In this document: one piece after another, positions 51,831 to 64,000 of the stretch
How the letters are laid out: every line of letters begins with the position of its first letter
Position numbering within the stretch: position 1 is the first letter of the stretch
From: Euglena gracilis
Lineage: Eukaryota
Direction: 5' to 3'
DNA length: 64,000 nt
Assembly: GCA_039621445.1 (NCBI GenBank)
Contig: CP154954.1
Coordinates: forward strand, 12,456,716-12,520,715
The notes under the pieces: generated by a model
Database searches by the model: none
What the model was told of the DNA's origin: nothing
What the model saw: only the letters and a program-made list of their open reading frames with translations
Program-made: the position numbers and the translations under genes

Positions 51831-54800
51831 TGCCAGCCAGCCTGCCAGCCAGCCTGCCAGCCAGCCTGCCAGCCAGCCAGCCAGTCAGCCAGCCTGCCAG
51901 CCAGCGTGGCCATCCCTGCGGAAAATCCCCCCCTCCGGACTGCACAGTGACTCACTACTCCCTCGCCTCCCTAGCCCCCTCCCGGACGTTGGCCAACCAG
52001 TCTTGCGTGGTCCTCGGCCTGCAGGCGGTCCGCCTCACGTCGGCCGTGGCGGGGGGCCACCTCTGCAAAGTGCGGGTTGCAGCCAGTGGAACCATCTGCG
52101 CCGCCAGCTACTGCCCACGATTCTGTGAGCACAGTGTTTGTCCGTCTCGGGTATTGCGGAAGAGTTCGGGTTGTTGTGGGACATGCGGACCCCCCGGGGC
52201 CAGCTAGCCAGCTGACTGGATCGTTGGAGAGGGGTTCAAAATGTTGCAACCTGTGATTGCACCCTTACATTTCCCAGAAAAACAACACCTGACACACCAG
52301 GGAGTATACAGCAACATTGCCGTCGCCCGGACTTAACCATATCCGATACTGGCCAACCAGCGATTTGATAGTTTGCCAGTTTCCCGGGGCGAGAAAAGGT
52401 CCACATGCCCCGGGTTCCCTCGGCATGTTTCCTGCTATTGCAGAGCTCCGGTGTGGTGTGGATCAGCCCCAAGCGCACAACAAAGTGCTTCCGAAACGGC
52501 CAAGTTTTGTGAATGCCCCCCCCCCCCAGCGGTGCCACAGGGTTGTGGCGGAGGGTCCGGCCGCTGGCCCCTCCCGTCCAGTCCAAGTGGATCTCACCCG
52601 TCCCCGGCACCCCGCTGGCCAACGGAGCGGCCGTACCGCTGCGGGTCACGGATTACGCGTACCCCGGGGTGGACGGGTACACCACCGAGGTGACAGCGGC
52701 CCTGCGGGTATTGTACCGGCTCGTGCCCCAAGGTGTGGCGGTGAGTTCCGCACAGCGCGCCACACAGTGCGCCTCGCGGGGGGGGGGGGGTCCGGCTGGA
52801 CAGCCGCCACCAGGATCGTTCCCCGACTTGTGGAATGGGGATTTGAGATCCCGCTCTGTGCCTCCCGAACATTTTGGCCATTTTGCTTGGTGCCCACTTG
52901 GCCCCCTGCCCCATCGCCAACTTGGCTGAAGCCAGCCACCGAGGGGGGCAGGCCCCCCAAGTTGCATAGCGTCCTCCAAGGAGCTTGGTGAGAGTGTCTT
53001 TTATTAAAATTATTGAAATTTATTAATTATGAATTAATTATTAATTTATTTTTATTTATTGATTATTTATTATAATTAACTATTAACTATTAATTATTAA
53101 TAATTAAAATTATTAAAATTAAAACAGTTTAATATCAAGTCACGCCCTCTCCCACGTCTTGTCTACCCTGACGTGGTCCAGAATCATTCATTGGTGCATG
53201 TTTTTTGTCCATTACCTCAACCCTTTTTGTAGTTCTCCTGGAGCAATTGGGCACACAATAAGGAGCATCCATTTTCATACACGTCCACTTTTACGGGCCA
53301 CCTCCCCAAGCCCTACTGCGAGCCCCACAACCTCTGCGGTGTGGTGATTGTGGTGATGTTACACCCTGGCACGGCACCGCCCTGCTCAGCAGGGCCCCAG
53401 CCAGCTCTGCCGCCAGGCACTCTGCAAACTTGAGGCTGGACCTTTGAGAGCAATCTGTTTCAATTTTTATTATTATTTTTGTTTCATTTTATTTTTTTTT
53501 CAATTTGTGACTCCTCCGAAAATGCCGCTTCAGCCTTTCAACGCCCGCCCTCGAAAGGGGGGGAGCGGTCCATACTGGGGCAATCTTCGAACCTATGTTT
53601 GGACGACAGGTGTTGGCGACCCCCGTTGACGCTGGCTGTGCATGCCGTGACTCGGCCACAGTGACAAATGACACTTTGGCCCCATGACAAGCTCCACACC
53701 CCCGCTTCAGGTGGCAGCCCCAGCACTGCGTACACCACCCTCGCTCCCGTCGTGGCCGCCGGCGACGTGGTGTCCATCCGGCCTGCGCCGCCCCGAATTT
53801 CCAACGAGATCGACCTATTAAATGTTCCGATGGAGACATTCCCGTCGAACTTGAAATCTGGCTGTTCATCACAAGGTTGACGCACGGAAGCAACTTTGGC
53901 CAATCTTTTGCACCCGTTTCATGAACAAGACATCGCAGTGTTTGCACAAGCGAACAATTTTCTCCTTCCTAACAGGGGCGACCCAGCCCCCAGGTGCAGG
54001 CGGAGGGCTATTTCCTGCCGAGCGTTCCCTTCGAGGCGCAGTACCCCTGCAACGGCTCTTGTTCCGCTCAGGGCCCCTCACACTTTCTGGGTTTTCACCC
54101 GGAAGATCAAGCGTATGTATGGTTCCAGGGCAACTCACCAGTGAATTTGATTTTCACCATACACCCCTGATGGGAAGTTGTCATCCCGGAGAATCTGTCA
54201 GGGTCCCTACTGGCCGACGTGTCTCGTGACATTTTCCGGAGGGGGTGTATATACCGATACGGAGCGCGCCTGCCACTGCCGCTCAGCCGTCGGCGTCTGC
54301 GCCGACTGACGTCGCCCTGGTCGGCATCGTCTGTGGGGTGCCCGGGCCGGATCATTTCGGTGCGGGTGACACTTTGGGCAGAATGGAGGGTGCCGTGGTG
54401 AGGAAGTTGACAGCCATCCCTGCGCGATGCCACACACTGCCCTGCCTTCCACGCCCAGCTGGAAAACAGTTGCAGAGCTGTGTTTTTGCCATGTCAAAAT
54501 CAGTGTTCAGGCCCTTCGCCGCAGCTGCCATCTGGACAGCACCTTCAGGGACTGCTGGGACAATAGAACTATATGCAATTTTGCCAAACCTTTTGAAATG
54601 CCCATCATTGACACTTCTTTTTGTTTTATAATTTTTTTTCTTTTTAAAATTTCAGAACAGTAAAAAAAAAAAGGGTAAACCCCATTTCAACCTCCGCGGC
54701 GCCGGAGGAATCCAGAACTTCCCTGGTGGGGGGGCCTGCCACGCCAAATGGCTGCTTTCTGACCCAGATGGCGTCAGCCAGTTTTGCTCAGGACGGAGGG

Positions 54801-55640
54801 GCTGTTCACTGGTGGGTTTTGGTGTTGCAACCCTGCCCCTACCCCCCCCCCCGCTCCAGATCCCCACCGTCTCCAGTGGGTGGGTTGCTGTTGCTGGGGA
54901 TCACGTTCATGGTGTGGTACTTTGGCTGCACACCGGCGGATGAGCATCATGTTCAGGGCGACGAGCCTTCAGTCGCTTCTGTGCCGGCCAACTGTCACTC
55001 CCCGGGGTATGTCGCTGTGGTTCACCGAAGCTCGTACTTGATGAACGTAATGAATAAACGTAATGAACGAACCTCGAAGTTCCGTCATTGTCTTTCTGCC
55101 AATTCTGACAATTATGTGTGCATCAATGAGTCAGAGAAGGGAGGTAAAATGGTTTTTTTCCCTCCCTTGTATCGACATGTCTTGTCTTTAGCACACCTGC
55201 CATTTCAACGCCATTTTCAGCACACCCAAAACGTTTTGGCCAATACCACGTCAACCGCTCAGAATCACACTATCTCCGTACTTTGGCATGTCAAGGCAAG
55301 GGAGGCAGGGTGGTCCCACCTCCAGGTACCACCCGCTCATGATGTTGCAAACGTTGTCACACTCCTCGTTCGCGTCGATTTCCCCCCGCGACAAAAAAAA
55401 GTGCTCGGATCTTCGTTTGACCGACCAAAAACCAGAGGTGCAGAAGCTGGGTCCCCTCTTGGGCACAAATTGGGCTCAAATTGGGCACAGAAAGGGAAAT
55501 GAATGGGTGAAAAAAGGAAATGAAGAACAAAGAAGAACTTTCAGGAATGAACAAATTGGCGTTCGAGTTTTGGTTGTCCGACCCCCCATTCTGCAGGTCA
55601 TCCGCCGAGGCCCCCAGCCCCTCCGCCACCGACACGGTGC
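37735..55640 (+). CDS. Large uncharacterised multi-exon protein, probably single-pass membrane/extracellular (Cys-rich and beta-rich segments, C-terminal TM); limits approximate
   Basis: Exon-like blocks near 37735-37845, 38145-38270, 39142-39221, 39975-40032, 40617-40668, 42700-42875 (CLGDGLLHSCLKP...QCAFYCPDAGQY), 43310-43405, 45585-45702 (SFTLAMFIKVDG), 46815-46918, 47705-47815 (LQPDVWYRVGAVAD; weakly LamG/pentraxin-like), 48571-48682, 49765-49937, 51948-52069, 52582-52733, 53700-53780, 54265-54338, 54877-55007 (VGGLLLLGITFMVWYFG) and 55597-55640. In-frame GT-AG joins at 38271-39141 and 52070-52581. Confidence 0.6.
40261..40559. mobile_element. TA-flanked MITE nested in nonconventional intron 40033-40616
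   Basis: TACCGGGG...GGATTT / AAATCCCC...CCGGTA; internal CCGCGAAATTTGT repeats. Confidence 0.75.
42225..42345. repeat. (CAGT)n followed by its reverse complement (ACTG)n
   Basis: Read directly from the sequence. Confidence 0.95.
44302..44602. mobile_element. hAT-like MITE
   Basis: TIR CAGGCTTGTGCTTA / TAAGCACAAGCATG; exact TSD CGGGTCAC. Confidence 0.9.
45187..45579. mobile_element. pogo-like MITE
   Basis: CCGTAACCCCCCCCGAATAG / CTATTCGGGGGGGTTATGG; internal GAATAGTGCCCCCC repeats. Confidence 0.75.
50293..50610. mobile_element. hAT-like MITE
   Basis: Perfect TIR CAGGGGTTTTCTTAAG / CTTAAGAAAACCCCTG; exact TSD CTTTCAGT. Confidence 0.92.
51768..51905. repeat. (CCAG)n microsatellite with CCTG variants
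   Basis: Read directly from the sequence. Confidence 0.95.
53805..53975 (-). pseudogene. LTR-retrotransposon (Ty3/gypsy-like) integrase fragment
   Basis: ENCSLVQTLRCLVHETGAKDWPKLLPCVNLVMNSQISSSTGMSPSEHLIGR matches the W...LP.V....N.....STG.SP...L.GR segment that follows the rve core. In-frame stop just upstream. Confidence 0.8.
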
Positions 55641-56029
55641 ACACATGGCTCAGTCTGGCAGTGTCCACGCTGTCTTTTTGGGGGCGAAGGCAGCTGGGTT
55701 CAAGCAGGCAGTGCTGAGACTCAGCATTGACATTGTTGCTGTTGTTTGGAGGGGAGTTTGCTTCCAGTAGCCTGACCAGACCAGGCAGACGCATGACTGT
55801 ATGGGAATCCCCCACCCTGTGGTTGGTGCGTGGGATTAGGTCGACCCCCTCCCACCCCAAGCCTTGGGTCAGCGGGGGGGGGGGTCCGACCTCCACCAGC
55901 CCTTACCGTATTTCCAGGGGTGTATTTCCAGGAAAATTTTATTTCGTCGCTTTCGGCGCAAAGAACTTTTTTTTGTGCACAGTGCTATGGTGAATGGGGG
56001 GTCAACCCCCCCCCCAAGCCTTCCAGTAC

Positions 56030-56935
56030 AGACCAGACCAGACCATACCATACCATACCATACCATACCATACCATACCATACCATACCATACCATACCA
56101 TACCATACCATACCATACCATACCATACCATACCATACCATACCATACCATACCATACCATACCACACCACACCACACCACACCACACCACACCACACCA
56201 CACCACACCACACCACACCACACCACACCACACCACACCACACCACACCCACACCCACACCGCACCGCACCACACCACACCACACCACACCACACCACAC
56301 CACACCACACCACACCACACCACACCACAACACACCGCACCACACCACACCACACCACACCGTGCCATACCTACCCCCCCCCCCCCCCCGGAAACTGTCA
56401 TGCCCGAGAACCTGTAAGCGTCCATTCCGGGAAACTGTCAGGGTCCTCGGTACCGGCCAACCTGTCAGTATAGGAAGTTGTCAGGGTCCCCGGTACTGGC
56501 CAACCTGTCAGGGTCATTTTTCATTGACTTTCCCTTGAAATGCCCTACCCGGGAAACTGTCAGGGTCCCGCCCGGGAAACTGTTAGGGTCCCTGGTACCA
56601 GCCAACCTGTCATGATAGGAAGTTGTCAGGGTCCCCGGTACCGGCCAGCCTGTCAGGTGACAGTTTACCGGGGGGTAGGTACCATACCATACCATACCAT
56701 ACCATACCATACCATACCATACCATACCATACCATACCATACCATACCATACCATACCATACCATACCATACCATACCACACCACACCATACCATACCAT
56801 ACCATACCACACCATACCATGCCATGCAATGCCATGCCATGCCATGCCATGCCATGCCATGCCATGCCATGCCAGGCCATGCCATGCCATGCCATGCCAT
56901 GCCATGCCATGCCATGCTATGCCATAACGATACCA
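56030..56935. repeat. Compound pentanucleotide satellite (ACCAT/ACCAC/GCCAT)n interrupted by a MITE
   Basis: Read directly from the sequence. Confidence 0.95.
56370..56679. mobile_element. TA-flanked MITE within a pentanucleotide satellite
   Basis: CCTACCCCC...CGGAAACTGTCA / TGACAGTTTACCGGGGGGTAGG with TA flanks; internal CTGTCAGGGTCCC repeats. Confidence 0.8.
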
Positions 56936-59277
56936 TACGAGGTTGTATGTGAGTGGCACATTTGCACCCACAAGGGATTCAAAAAGACAGCAAAAGAACA
57001 GTGTGACTCGGAGCGACGGTGTTCGAGCTAGTGAGCCTGATGCCTTTGCGGTCGATGGTATTGTGCTGGAGGAGGACACCATCGAACATGCCGGTGTGTT
57101 TTGATGGGTGCCTTTGAAATTGTATATTCGAGGCGTTTGGGCACCTTCCCAAGGTTTACAGCTTTGCCAACAAAATTTTACAAAAATTGTAAATTTTTTA
57201 TGTAATTTGTATTATATTTATAATTTACATTTATTTAATCTTTATATAATATTATATATATTTCCTTCAATTTTATATTTTTAAAAAAATTGAGATGTGG
57301 ATGAAAGTTGGTTTTTTTGGGGGCCAGGCTGCTGACGACCGCCGCGTTGGCATTGTCCCGCTGCCGCAGGGGTGACGTACTCCCTCGGCACCGTGATGGG
57401 ACAAGGCTCTGGCCACAGCGCCGCCCTCCCGCCGCGCGCCGCTCTGTACCGCCACAGCCTCCCGGCTGCGTTCGTTCAGGAGTAGCTGTGTGTGATGCGG
57501 CGCAACCTCCGCTGCTTTGCCAGCTGGCGAAGGACGGTCCAGATGTCAACAGGGCGGTGTGGGGTATGTCACAATCACTCATCGTGCTTGGGTATTGTGT
57601 GTGACACTGTCTGTATGACCTCCTCCCAATGTGCATTCACAAAAAATTTCTCCAAATATGAAATCACCAGCATTACTGAAGTGTTTTGCATCGCTCTGTT
57701 CTTGTTTCATTTCTTCGGGTTTTGCAAATCTGAGAATCAGGCAAACATGTGTGTAAATACGTGGCGATGTCTGTGTGCGCGCGCGTTCATGCATGCGTCT
57801 GTGCATGCATGTACATGTGTTTATGTGCCCACAGAGAAAATGGAAAAAATGCAGAAAATAGATGGCAGAATGTCCCACAATGATGTATGATATCAATTGG
57901 TGAACCCCAGCCATTGACTGGAAGTCTGAACAGGCAGACCCCCCATTTTATCCTCCACCGAACTCACCACATTTGCAGCAATGTCATGTTGGAAGTGTTT
58001 TTCTTTCAGATGATCATTCGCTTTTCGCTTTTTTCCAGTTGCAGTAATTCAAAATATTATTAGTCATATTAACATTAACTTTCCACAATCTGGCGGTGAT
58101 GTTCTTGTCCACGTGATGTTTGTTCAAGTAACCGTCAACACGGGGGGTGCACACAGCAGACCAAGACCCTTAGCCGATCCAACATGCAGTTTGTTTAGAC
58201 CCTGCGCTTTCAGCTTTCTGCGGACCCCGCACTTTACTTGAGGGGTGGGGTTTGGCTCACCCAGTTCCCCGTGCTTACCCAATGTGGTTTTTTTGATGGT
58301 GAGAATTGGAAAAAATTCGGAATTGATTTGATTTCGCCGTTGAAGGCCGGAAAAAGCGCAAGACGTCCAACGAAACGACACTCGTTCCCCATCCTTGCGG
58401 TCAGGGCCTTCCTGAGATGGAGCGGTCCACCACTGTACAGTTTCCCCCTCCGCCTCTTCAGGCGCTACCCCGGCTTTCCGCCGTTACTCAAGACATACAC
58501 CTCCTTAGGGGGTTGCCCAAAACTAATCATTGTGTGCTTAGTCTGTACATAGCCAATTTGTGGTAAATTGTCTTCTGTGCCTGTCTTGCAACCACTGCCA
58601 AAGGTGAAGGGTGATTCAAAGGCTCATTTCCTAGAGAACATTATTCTGCATTAAGAGAAAATGATTCAAGCATGAGGAGTTTTTCATAGCTGCCGTGTTT
58701 TCTTTTATTTCTTTGGTCCTTGACTGCTAACCCTAAACCGCAGAAGTGAGAGCTCATTCCGAAACATCTTTTTCCGTAAGTAAGTAAGTAATGGCACAAT
58801 GCATTAAATCCTCAAATAATTACCAATAAATACTCAATTACCAGTTTATACAATTTTTCAAGATATTTTGTTTGCCTTATGCGTTTATGCTGCACCATCC
58901 CGCCGTTATGTTACCCACTACGTTGTTGTTATCCCTCCTCCGAGACAGACAGCTGCACCGTTGTTTTTTTTTGAAAACCGTTGTGTTGTTAGGCACAGGG
59001 GTCGGAGTTTTCAACAACATGCAGGAACACAAAATAAAATTTGTGTTGTTTCTCATTGTAAAATCCGCCCTTGCTTCTCAGCGACTCAATAAGAGGGTAG
59101 TAACGGCCTTTAGGGAACTGTGAGACAACGGACAGCTATTTTGGGAGCGCGAAACGCCGAATTTTTTTTGGGAAATGCCCTCAGACAGCCCGTTTTTTGT
59201 GGGTGCCGTGAGGTGTCCCGCGATCGGCTGGGTGGGTGGTGGGTCCCCACAGGGGTTTGAAAAATGGTGGCCCTTTT

Positions 59278-59294
59278 TATTATTGTTATTGTTA

Positions 59295-59326
<32 letters not shown>

Positions 59327-59390
59327 GTTGTTGTTGTTGTTGTTGTGTGTTGTGTTGTGTTGTTTGTTGTTATTATTATTATTATTATTT
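59278..59390. repeat. (TTA/TTG)n microsatellite
   Basis: Read directly from the sequence. Confidence 0.9.
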
Positions 59391-59495
59391 TCTTTCTTTT
59401 TTCTATTTTCCCCTTTTTTGGGTGGTGTGGCGTCCTTCCCGTCCTCATCCACAGTCCCCCGCCTGCCGCCTGTATGTCGGTGGCCTAACCCCCCG

Positions 59496-62400
59496 ATGGG
59501 CGGCGCCGCCAGCGCCCCGACCGCGCCGCCCACCACCCCCAAACCCCCGCTGACCTCCACCACGCTCCTGTCCCCGCCCAATGACCTCCTCCCCAGGGAT
59601 CCATCGGTCCTCAGCACCCTCTGGGCAGGCTCCACACATTGTGTTTGCCCGGGGGCTTCGTGCCACATGTTTGCTTGTATTTTTTGTGCGTCCGAGTGAC
59701 ATCATTATTTCTGTTTTGATTTTTTCAGGTCGATTTTCTGCGTGTACACCCTCCCACTTTTCCCTCATGTTTGGCTGCCCCTTGGGGGGGGGGGGTTGGG
59801 ATCCCCCCAGGACCCAGTGGGTATTCCACTCTCGGAGATGGGTGTTTCCTCCCTTCTTCCTTTTGACCCCAAGATTCTTTTGACCCCCCAAAAGTGTGTC
59901 CCCCGGAGCCCCCTTTCCCCCCGCCAGGGCAATACCAGAATCGGCCAAACAGCCAGGGTGGTGGGTGGGGGGAGTCGACCCCCCCCACCTCTTCCCGTAT
60001 TTCGGGGAGCACCAATTTTCGACTCCAAAAAAACTTCCCGGCGCCTTTGGCACCGGGAGAAATTCGTTTCCAAAAATCTGTGAAAATAATGTGTTGGGTG
60101 GGGGGTCGACCCCCCCCACCAGGCTTTCCCGTATGGCCCTGCCCCCCGCAGATGGGGGGCACTGTGGCCCCCAGGTGGCGGGCGGGTGGGTCCAGACCCC
60201 TCCCCAGTCCTAAAAGAAAACCGTCCGCCCATTCCCCTTGGATGGGGGGCTATGGCCCCCGGACATTTGGTCTCTGGACAGAAGTGTCACAGAACAAACG
60301 TCCGCACTGCCATACCCTCATCCGGTCCCTGCCGCCGTCCAGCGCGTACCACCTCTCGGCCACCGGCAACCTGCAGACCACCCAGTCATGGCAGAGCAGC
60401 CGCCCCGGGACGGACCTTGGAAGTAACCTGTCCCCCATCCACCTTCGGACTGTCCCAGATATTTTGGCTTTGGGGGGTGCTGTAACCCCTATATACAACC
60501 CCTGGGTTTATATTTGGCGGGAGACCCTCAGAGGGGGTTTGTATATGGTATGGTATGGTTTGTATATTTCCAACAAAAAACCGAACTTGCATGCTGAAAA
60601 GCGCTTTTTGTTCCCCAAACAATTGGCGCTCATTTTGCCCAAACTCTACCATTTTTTTTTGAAGCAAACGTCCTGCTGCTGGGCACCATTTTTGGAGAAA
60701 TGTGGCGATTTCATTCCTAGAACTGCCGCAAAACGGCTAATTTTCAAGTTTTTTTCTCGTCGACATTTCCCCGGAGCGGTTAATAGTTGGTTGCCAAATC
60801 AAAGCATGTTTGGGGGGTATTTCATGTGCCCCCCTTTTTTAATACCACAACAATAATTTGTTTTTGTTGTTACGGGGTCTTTTTTTACAACGCCCACCCC
60901 GGCCGCCAGTTCCCCTCCGTCCTCAAGCAGAGCCCCGCGGCGGACATCGTGCGCAGCATTGTCATCGCGCAGGACAAGGCGGAGCTGCTCACGACCAGGC
61001 TTCTGTTTTCTCGGAAGACCTTCCCTTTCGGGTGGTTGGGTGGGTGGGGCCGGGACCAGGGTTTGATACAAGGAGGGCGTACATGGTTTAGGTGGGGGGT
61101 GTCCCCCCCCCCCTCCTGGCCCGCAGGGGGGGGGCCGCCCCCCCCCCCCCCCCCGCCCGGGGGGGCCGGACCGGCCCCGGGGGGGGACCCGGGGCCCCCC
61201 CCCCAAAAAGGGTCAACTTTTTCCTCCGCTTCTTTCCGGCGCTTTGCGCCGAAATTTTTTTTTGCATTCTTTGCACATTTTTGCCCAAAAAAAGTGCCCA
61301 AAATGGCACTTTTGGTCGTTTTGGGGGGTCAAAAATTTTCGGCCCGGCGCTTTGCGCCGGGCCAAAAATCGGTCACCCGGACCGCGCCACTGTTTAGGTG
61401 GGGGGGGTCCCCCCCACCCCCCCCCCCCCCCCCGGGCCCCAGGGGGGGGCCAGGGCCCCCCCCCACCTGTCCTTATATCGAACCCTGGCCGGGACCCTGT
61501 CCCGGGCCAGCCAGGTGGGTGGGTGGGGTGGAGCACCCCTTTCCCCGAGGGGGGGGGGTCAAAACGAAGCCTGTGCACGACCCTCACGGCCCGGCTCCAG
61601 CAGAGCGAGGCGCTGCGGAAGGAGGTCCTCCCTGGGCCGGGCCGCCGGACGCAGCCCGGGGGTCAGCGGCGGGAAAGCGGAAACATCGGGAACAACGAAC
61701 GGATGAACAGAGCCACTGAAAGAAGTCTGAACACTGGGTCGGTTTCCAACCGTGTCGTGGTGAAAAAACTCCCAGAATGGATTTTTCTGGGCCTCCGGCG
61801 CCTTTCGAGCCCAATTTGATTTTGCCAAGAGGGCTTTGACTAGCCCCCCCCCCCCCCCAATGCAAAGCCCCCGTTTTTATATTTGGGCGGACATTTCCAG
61901 ACCATGAGCAGGGGTTCTGTTTGGATCGGAAAATCAAGTTTCTGCGACCAAAAATATGAATACAATCCCCCCATTTTGTCTAAGTTTGACCATTTTAGGC
62001 AACATTCCAGCTGACGATCATTCTTTTCCCCAAAGTGTCAAAATCATGACCTGTCACCAAAATATGAATTTATTGGGATTTTTTTCCCGCCAGGCTCGAC
62101 TGTCAACGTTGTCGGCGTCTCCCCGGAAGTTGTATTGGGCCGGTTTTCAAGACGTGCTGAGGTGGTGGTGGAGGAGGGGCATTTCAAACTCTTTCAAAAG
62201 CAAATGCATGTCTCGCTTTTCCTCCATACCCATCATGAACATGTTGGAGCTTCTCCGCGAAAGCAGTAGGAACCTGCAGGCCACAAATAAGAGGCTTCCG
62301 CACAATTCATGATCAATGTGAAATTGCAGCACATCTCGAGGGGTTGATTTCTTCGGCACAAAGTTCGTTTTATAGGATTCTATGGGGAAATTTGATTATT

Positions 62401-63897
62401 GAAAGCTATGATGAACCCCAATAATTGTCTTAATTTGAATTATTAGGTACGTCCCCCTTTGATGATACAACATTTTACAAGGTCGAATTAAACAAAAGCA
62501 CGAAAAATTGTTGTCCGTTCATTGCAACAAGAATGCCATCCCATCGTCAACCCCCCCCCCCCCCAGTACTGGCCCGGCAGCAGCGGGCAAACCATCCTTT
62601 TTGACTGGACGGACGCCCATGGGCCCAACCTGCCCCTGGAGCGCATGTGCGAGTATGGCAAGAAGGCGAAGCGGCTCGCGCCGAAGCTGGCAGTGGTGCG
62701 CTTCGTCTCCCTTGTGGCCCGGGACTTGCCCCGCCCCCAGGGTGTGACGTGGGTGGTTGTGTGATGTGTGCCTCCCAATTTGAGGATCTGCTCCCTTGCC
62801 CACAGAATAGGGGCAAGCATGCCAACCCACACATGCACGTGTGTATGTGCACGTAGGTGCAGTGGATGCAAGCTCTTGACTCTCAAGCTCATATGCAACA
62901 CCGACACAACACACAACAAGCACAGCACAACACAATCTGCACAGATCAACGTCACATGGACTGATAAGTGAGATTGTGATCAAACCCTGCCCTGCAACAG
63001 CTGTAACCCACTGTTGAACCATGGCTACGAAGGCCGGGGACCCCTGCAGTAGCATTTTGCATCGTGCAAATACGTTGAATCATTCACACTGCTGTTTTCA
63101 AGGTCACTTATTCCACGGTGACTGCCAACCGTTATTGAACAATTCTCTGGCTCGTCCGCCGAGCATTGCTTTTAAGGTGATCTTGACTTTAGCTGATTTT
63201 GTCAGGGTGCTCTGCGATGGGCATTTTGGCGGACGTACTTGCACTGCGTGCTGAGGAGCTGGGCCTACACCCTGGCACGGTGGCTGCCTGGGGGCGTCCA
63301 GGCAGGTATCCTGTAGCCAACTGGATGGTTAATGGTGTAGGCGTGTTATTTGTTCTTCGTTTGGGGCTTCTCTCTGCTTCGACAGGCGGTTTTTACCATT
63401 TGCCCATTATTATATCTTTTCATTTTCTTCCTTTTTCTTTCAGATTGTCTGTTGAAAACTTCTTTCCTCCTCCCATCATGGTACCTCGTCCCCCCCCCCT
63501 GGGCTCTTGGCCCCTCGGCATTTGCCCCCCTCCTTTTCACATGCAAACCTGGCCCCCCAAAAGTTAGGTTTTGATCTTATATTACGATCGCGGCTTTTTG
63601 GCTCAATTTGCGTTTGGCCGGCTAAACATCTGACCATCCAATCTTGGCACCTGTTGTTGGCCCCCCCAACCTTATTTTCAATTGTGTGCCCTGGCCAAGC
63701 GCCCGGGCTCTGGCCTGGGGCGCAGTTGATACTTTCCCGCCGCCAACCCCAGCGCATCATGCAGGACGACGTGATGCACCTGGGGCTGCTCATCCTGGAG
63801 TTCCTCGCGCCGTACCCCCTGTTCTCGGAGGGGTTCGTCCAGACCGGGGGGCCCGAGGTCCTGGCCCAGTTCCTGCTCAACACGGAGCGGCCCAAGC
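59496..63897 (+). CDS. 5' part of an uncharacterised multi-exon protein with an MG N-terminus (possible myristoylation); continues beyond window
   Basis: Exons from 59496 MGGAASAPTAPP...; ~60317-60384 LIRSLPPSSAYHLSATGNLQTTQ; ~60877-60992 FFYNAHPGRQFPSVLKQ...ELLT; 61579-61624 TLTARLQQSEALRKE; 62567-62687 YWPGSSGQTILFDW...APK; 63252-~63301 LRSWAYTLARWLPGG; 63753-63897 RIMQDDVMHLGLLILEFLAPY... Confidence 0.7.
59925..60141. mobile_element. hAT-like MITE, family C (short member)
   Basis: TIR CAGGGCAATAC / GTATGGCCCTG; exact TSD CCCCCCGC; subterminal sequence shared with 32928-33495. Confidence 0.88.
61057..61487. mobile_element. hAT-like MITE, family B, nested in nonconventional intron 60993-61578
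   Basis: TIR CAGGGTTTGATACAAGG / CCTTATATCGAACCCTG; exact TSD GCCGGGAC; interior matches 5358-5795. Confidence 0.92.
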
Positions 63898-64000
63898 GAC
63901 CAGGCACGACCGCTCAAATAATTGGATGCACATATTTTTATCTGGAATCCCTGGAACGTGCCTAAAAATGTACCTAAAGCCTGGAATGCACCTCAAAAGC

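Noticed and set aside
55830-57082. HTIPY/WYGMV repeat ORFs
   Set aside because: Pentanucleotide satellite translations.

Overview
Eukaryotic nuclear DNA, most likely from a euglenid (inferred from intron structure and CCCTAA/TTAGGG repeats). Short exons with GC-rich third codon positions are scattered among long introns full of miniature inverted-repeat elements, poly-G/C runs, phased A/T tracts and microsatellites. Almost all entries in the ORF track are spurious; the real genes only appear after splicing. Reconstructed plus-strand genes: the 3' part of a SIRT4-like sirtuin (to 6017), a ubiquitin-like-domain protein (from 6985), a complete MAPEG/MGST3-like gene (15936-19690, with exons 1-2 also copied in a 2.7-kb tandem duplication), two uncharacterised multi-exon membrane proteins (about 28.7-36.2 kb and 37.7-55.6 kb) and the 5' part of another gene (from about 59.5 kb). 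Main observation: the non-GT-AG introns have the form 3 nt + CAG...CTG inverted-repeat element + 5 nt. Free or nested elements with the same ends carry exact 8-bp target-site duplications, and a hAT transposase C-terminal remnant is present. This suggests the nonconventional introns are hAT-type MITE insertions whose splicing removes exactly one TSD equivalent (3+5=8). All splice models are read by eye and lack transcript support.
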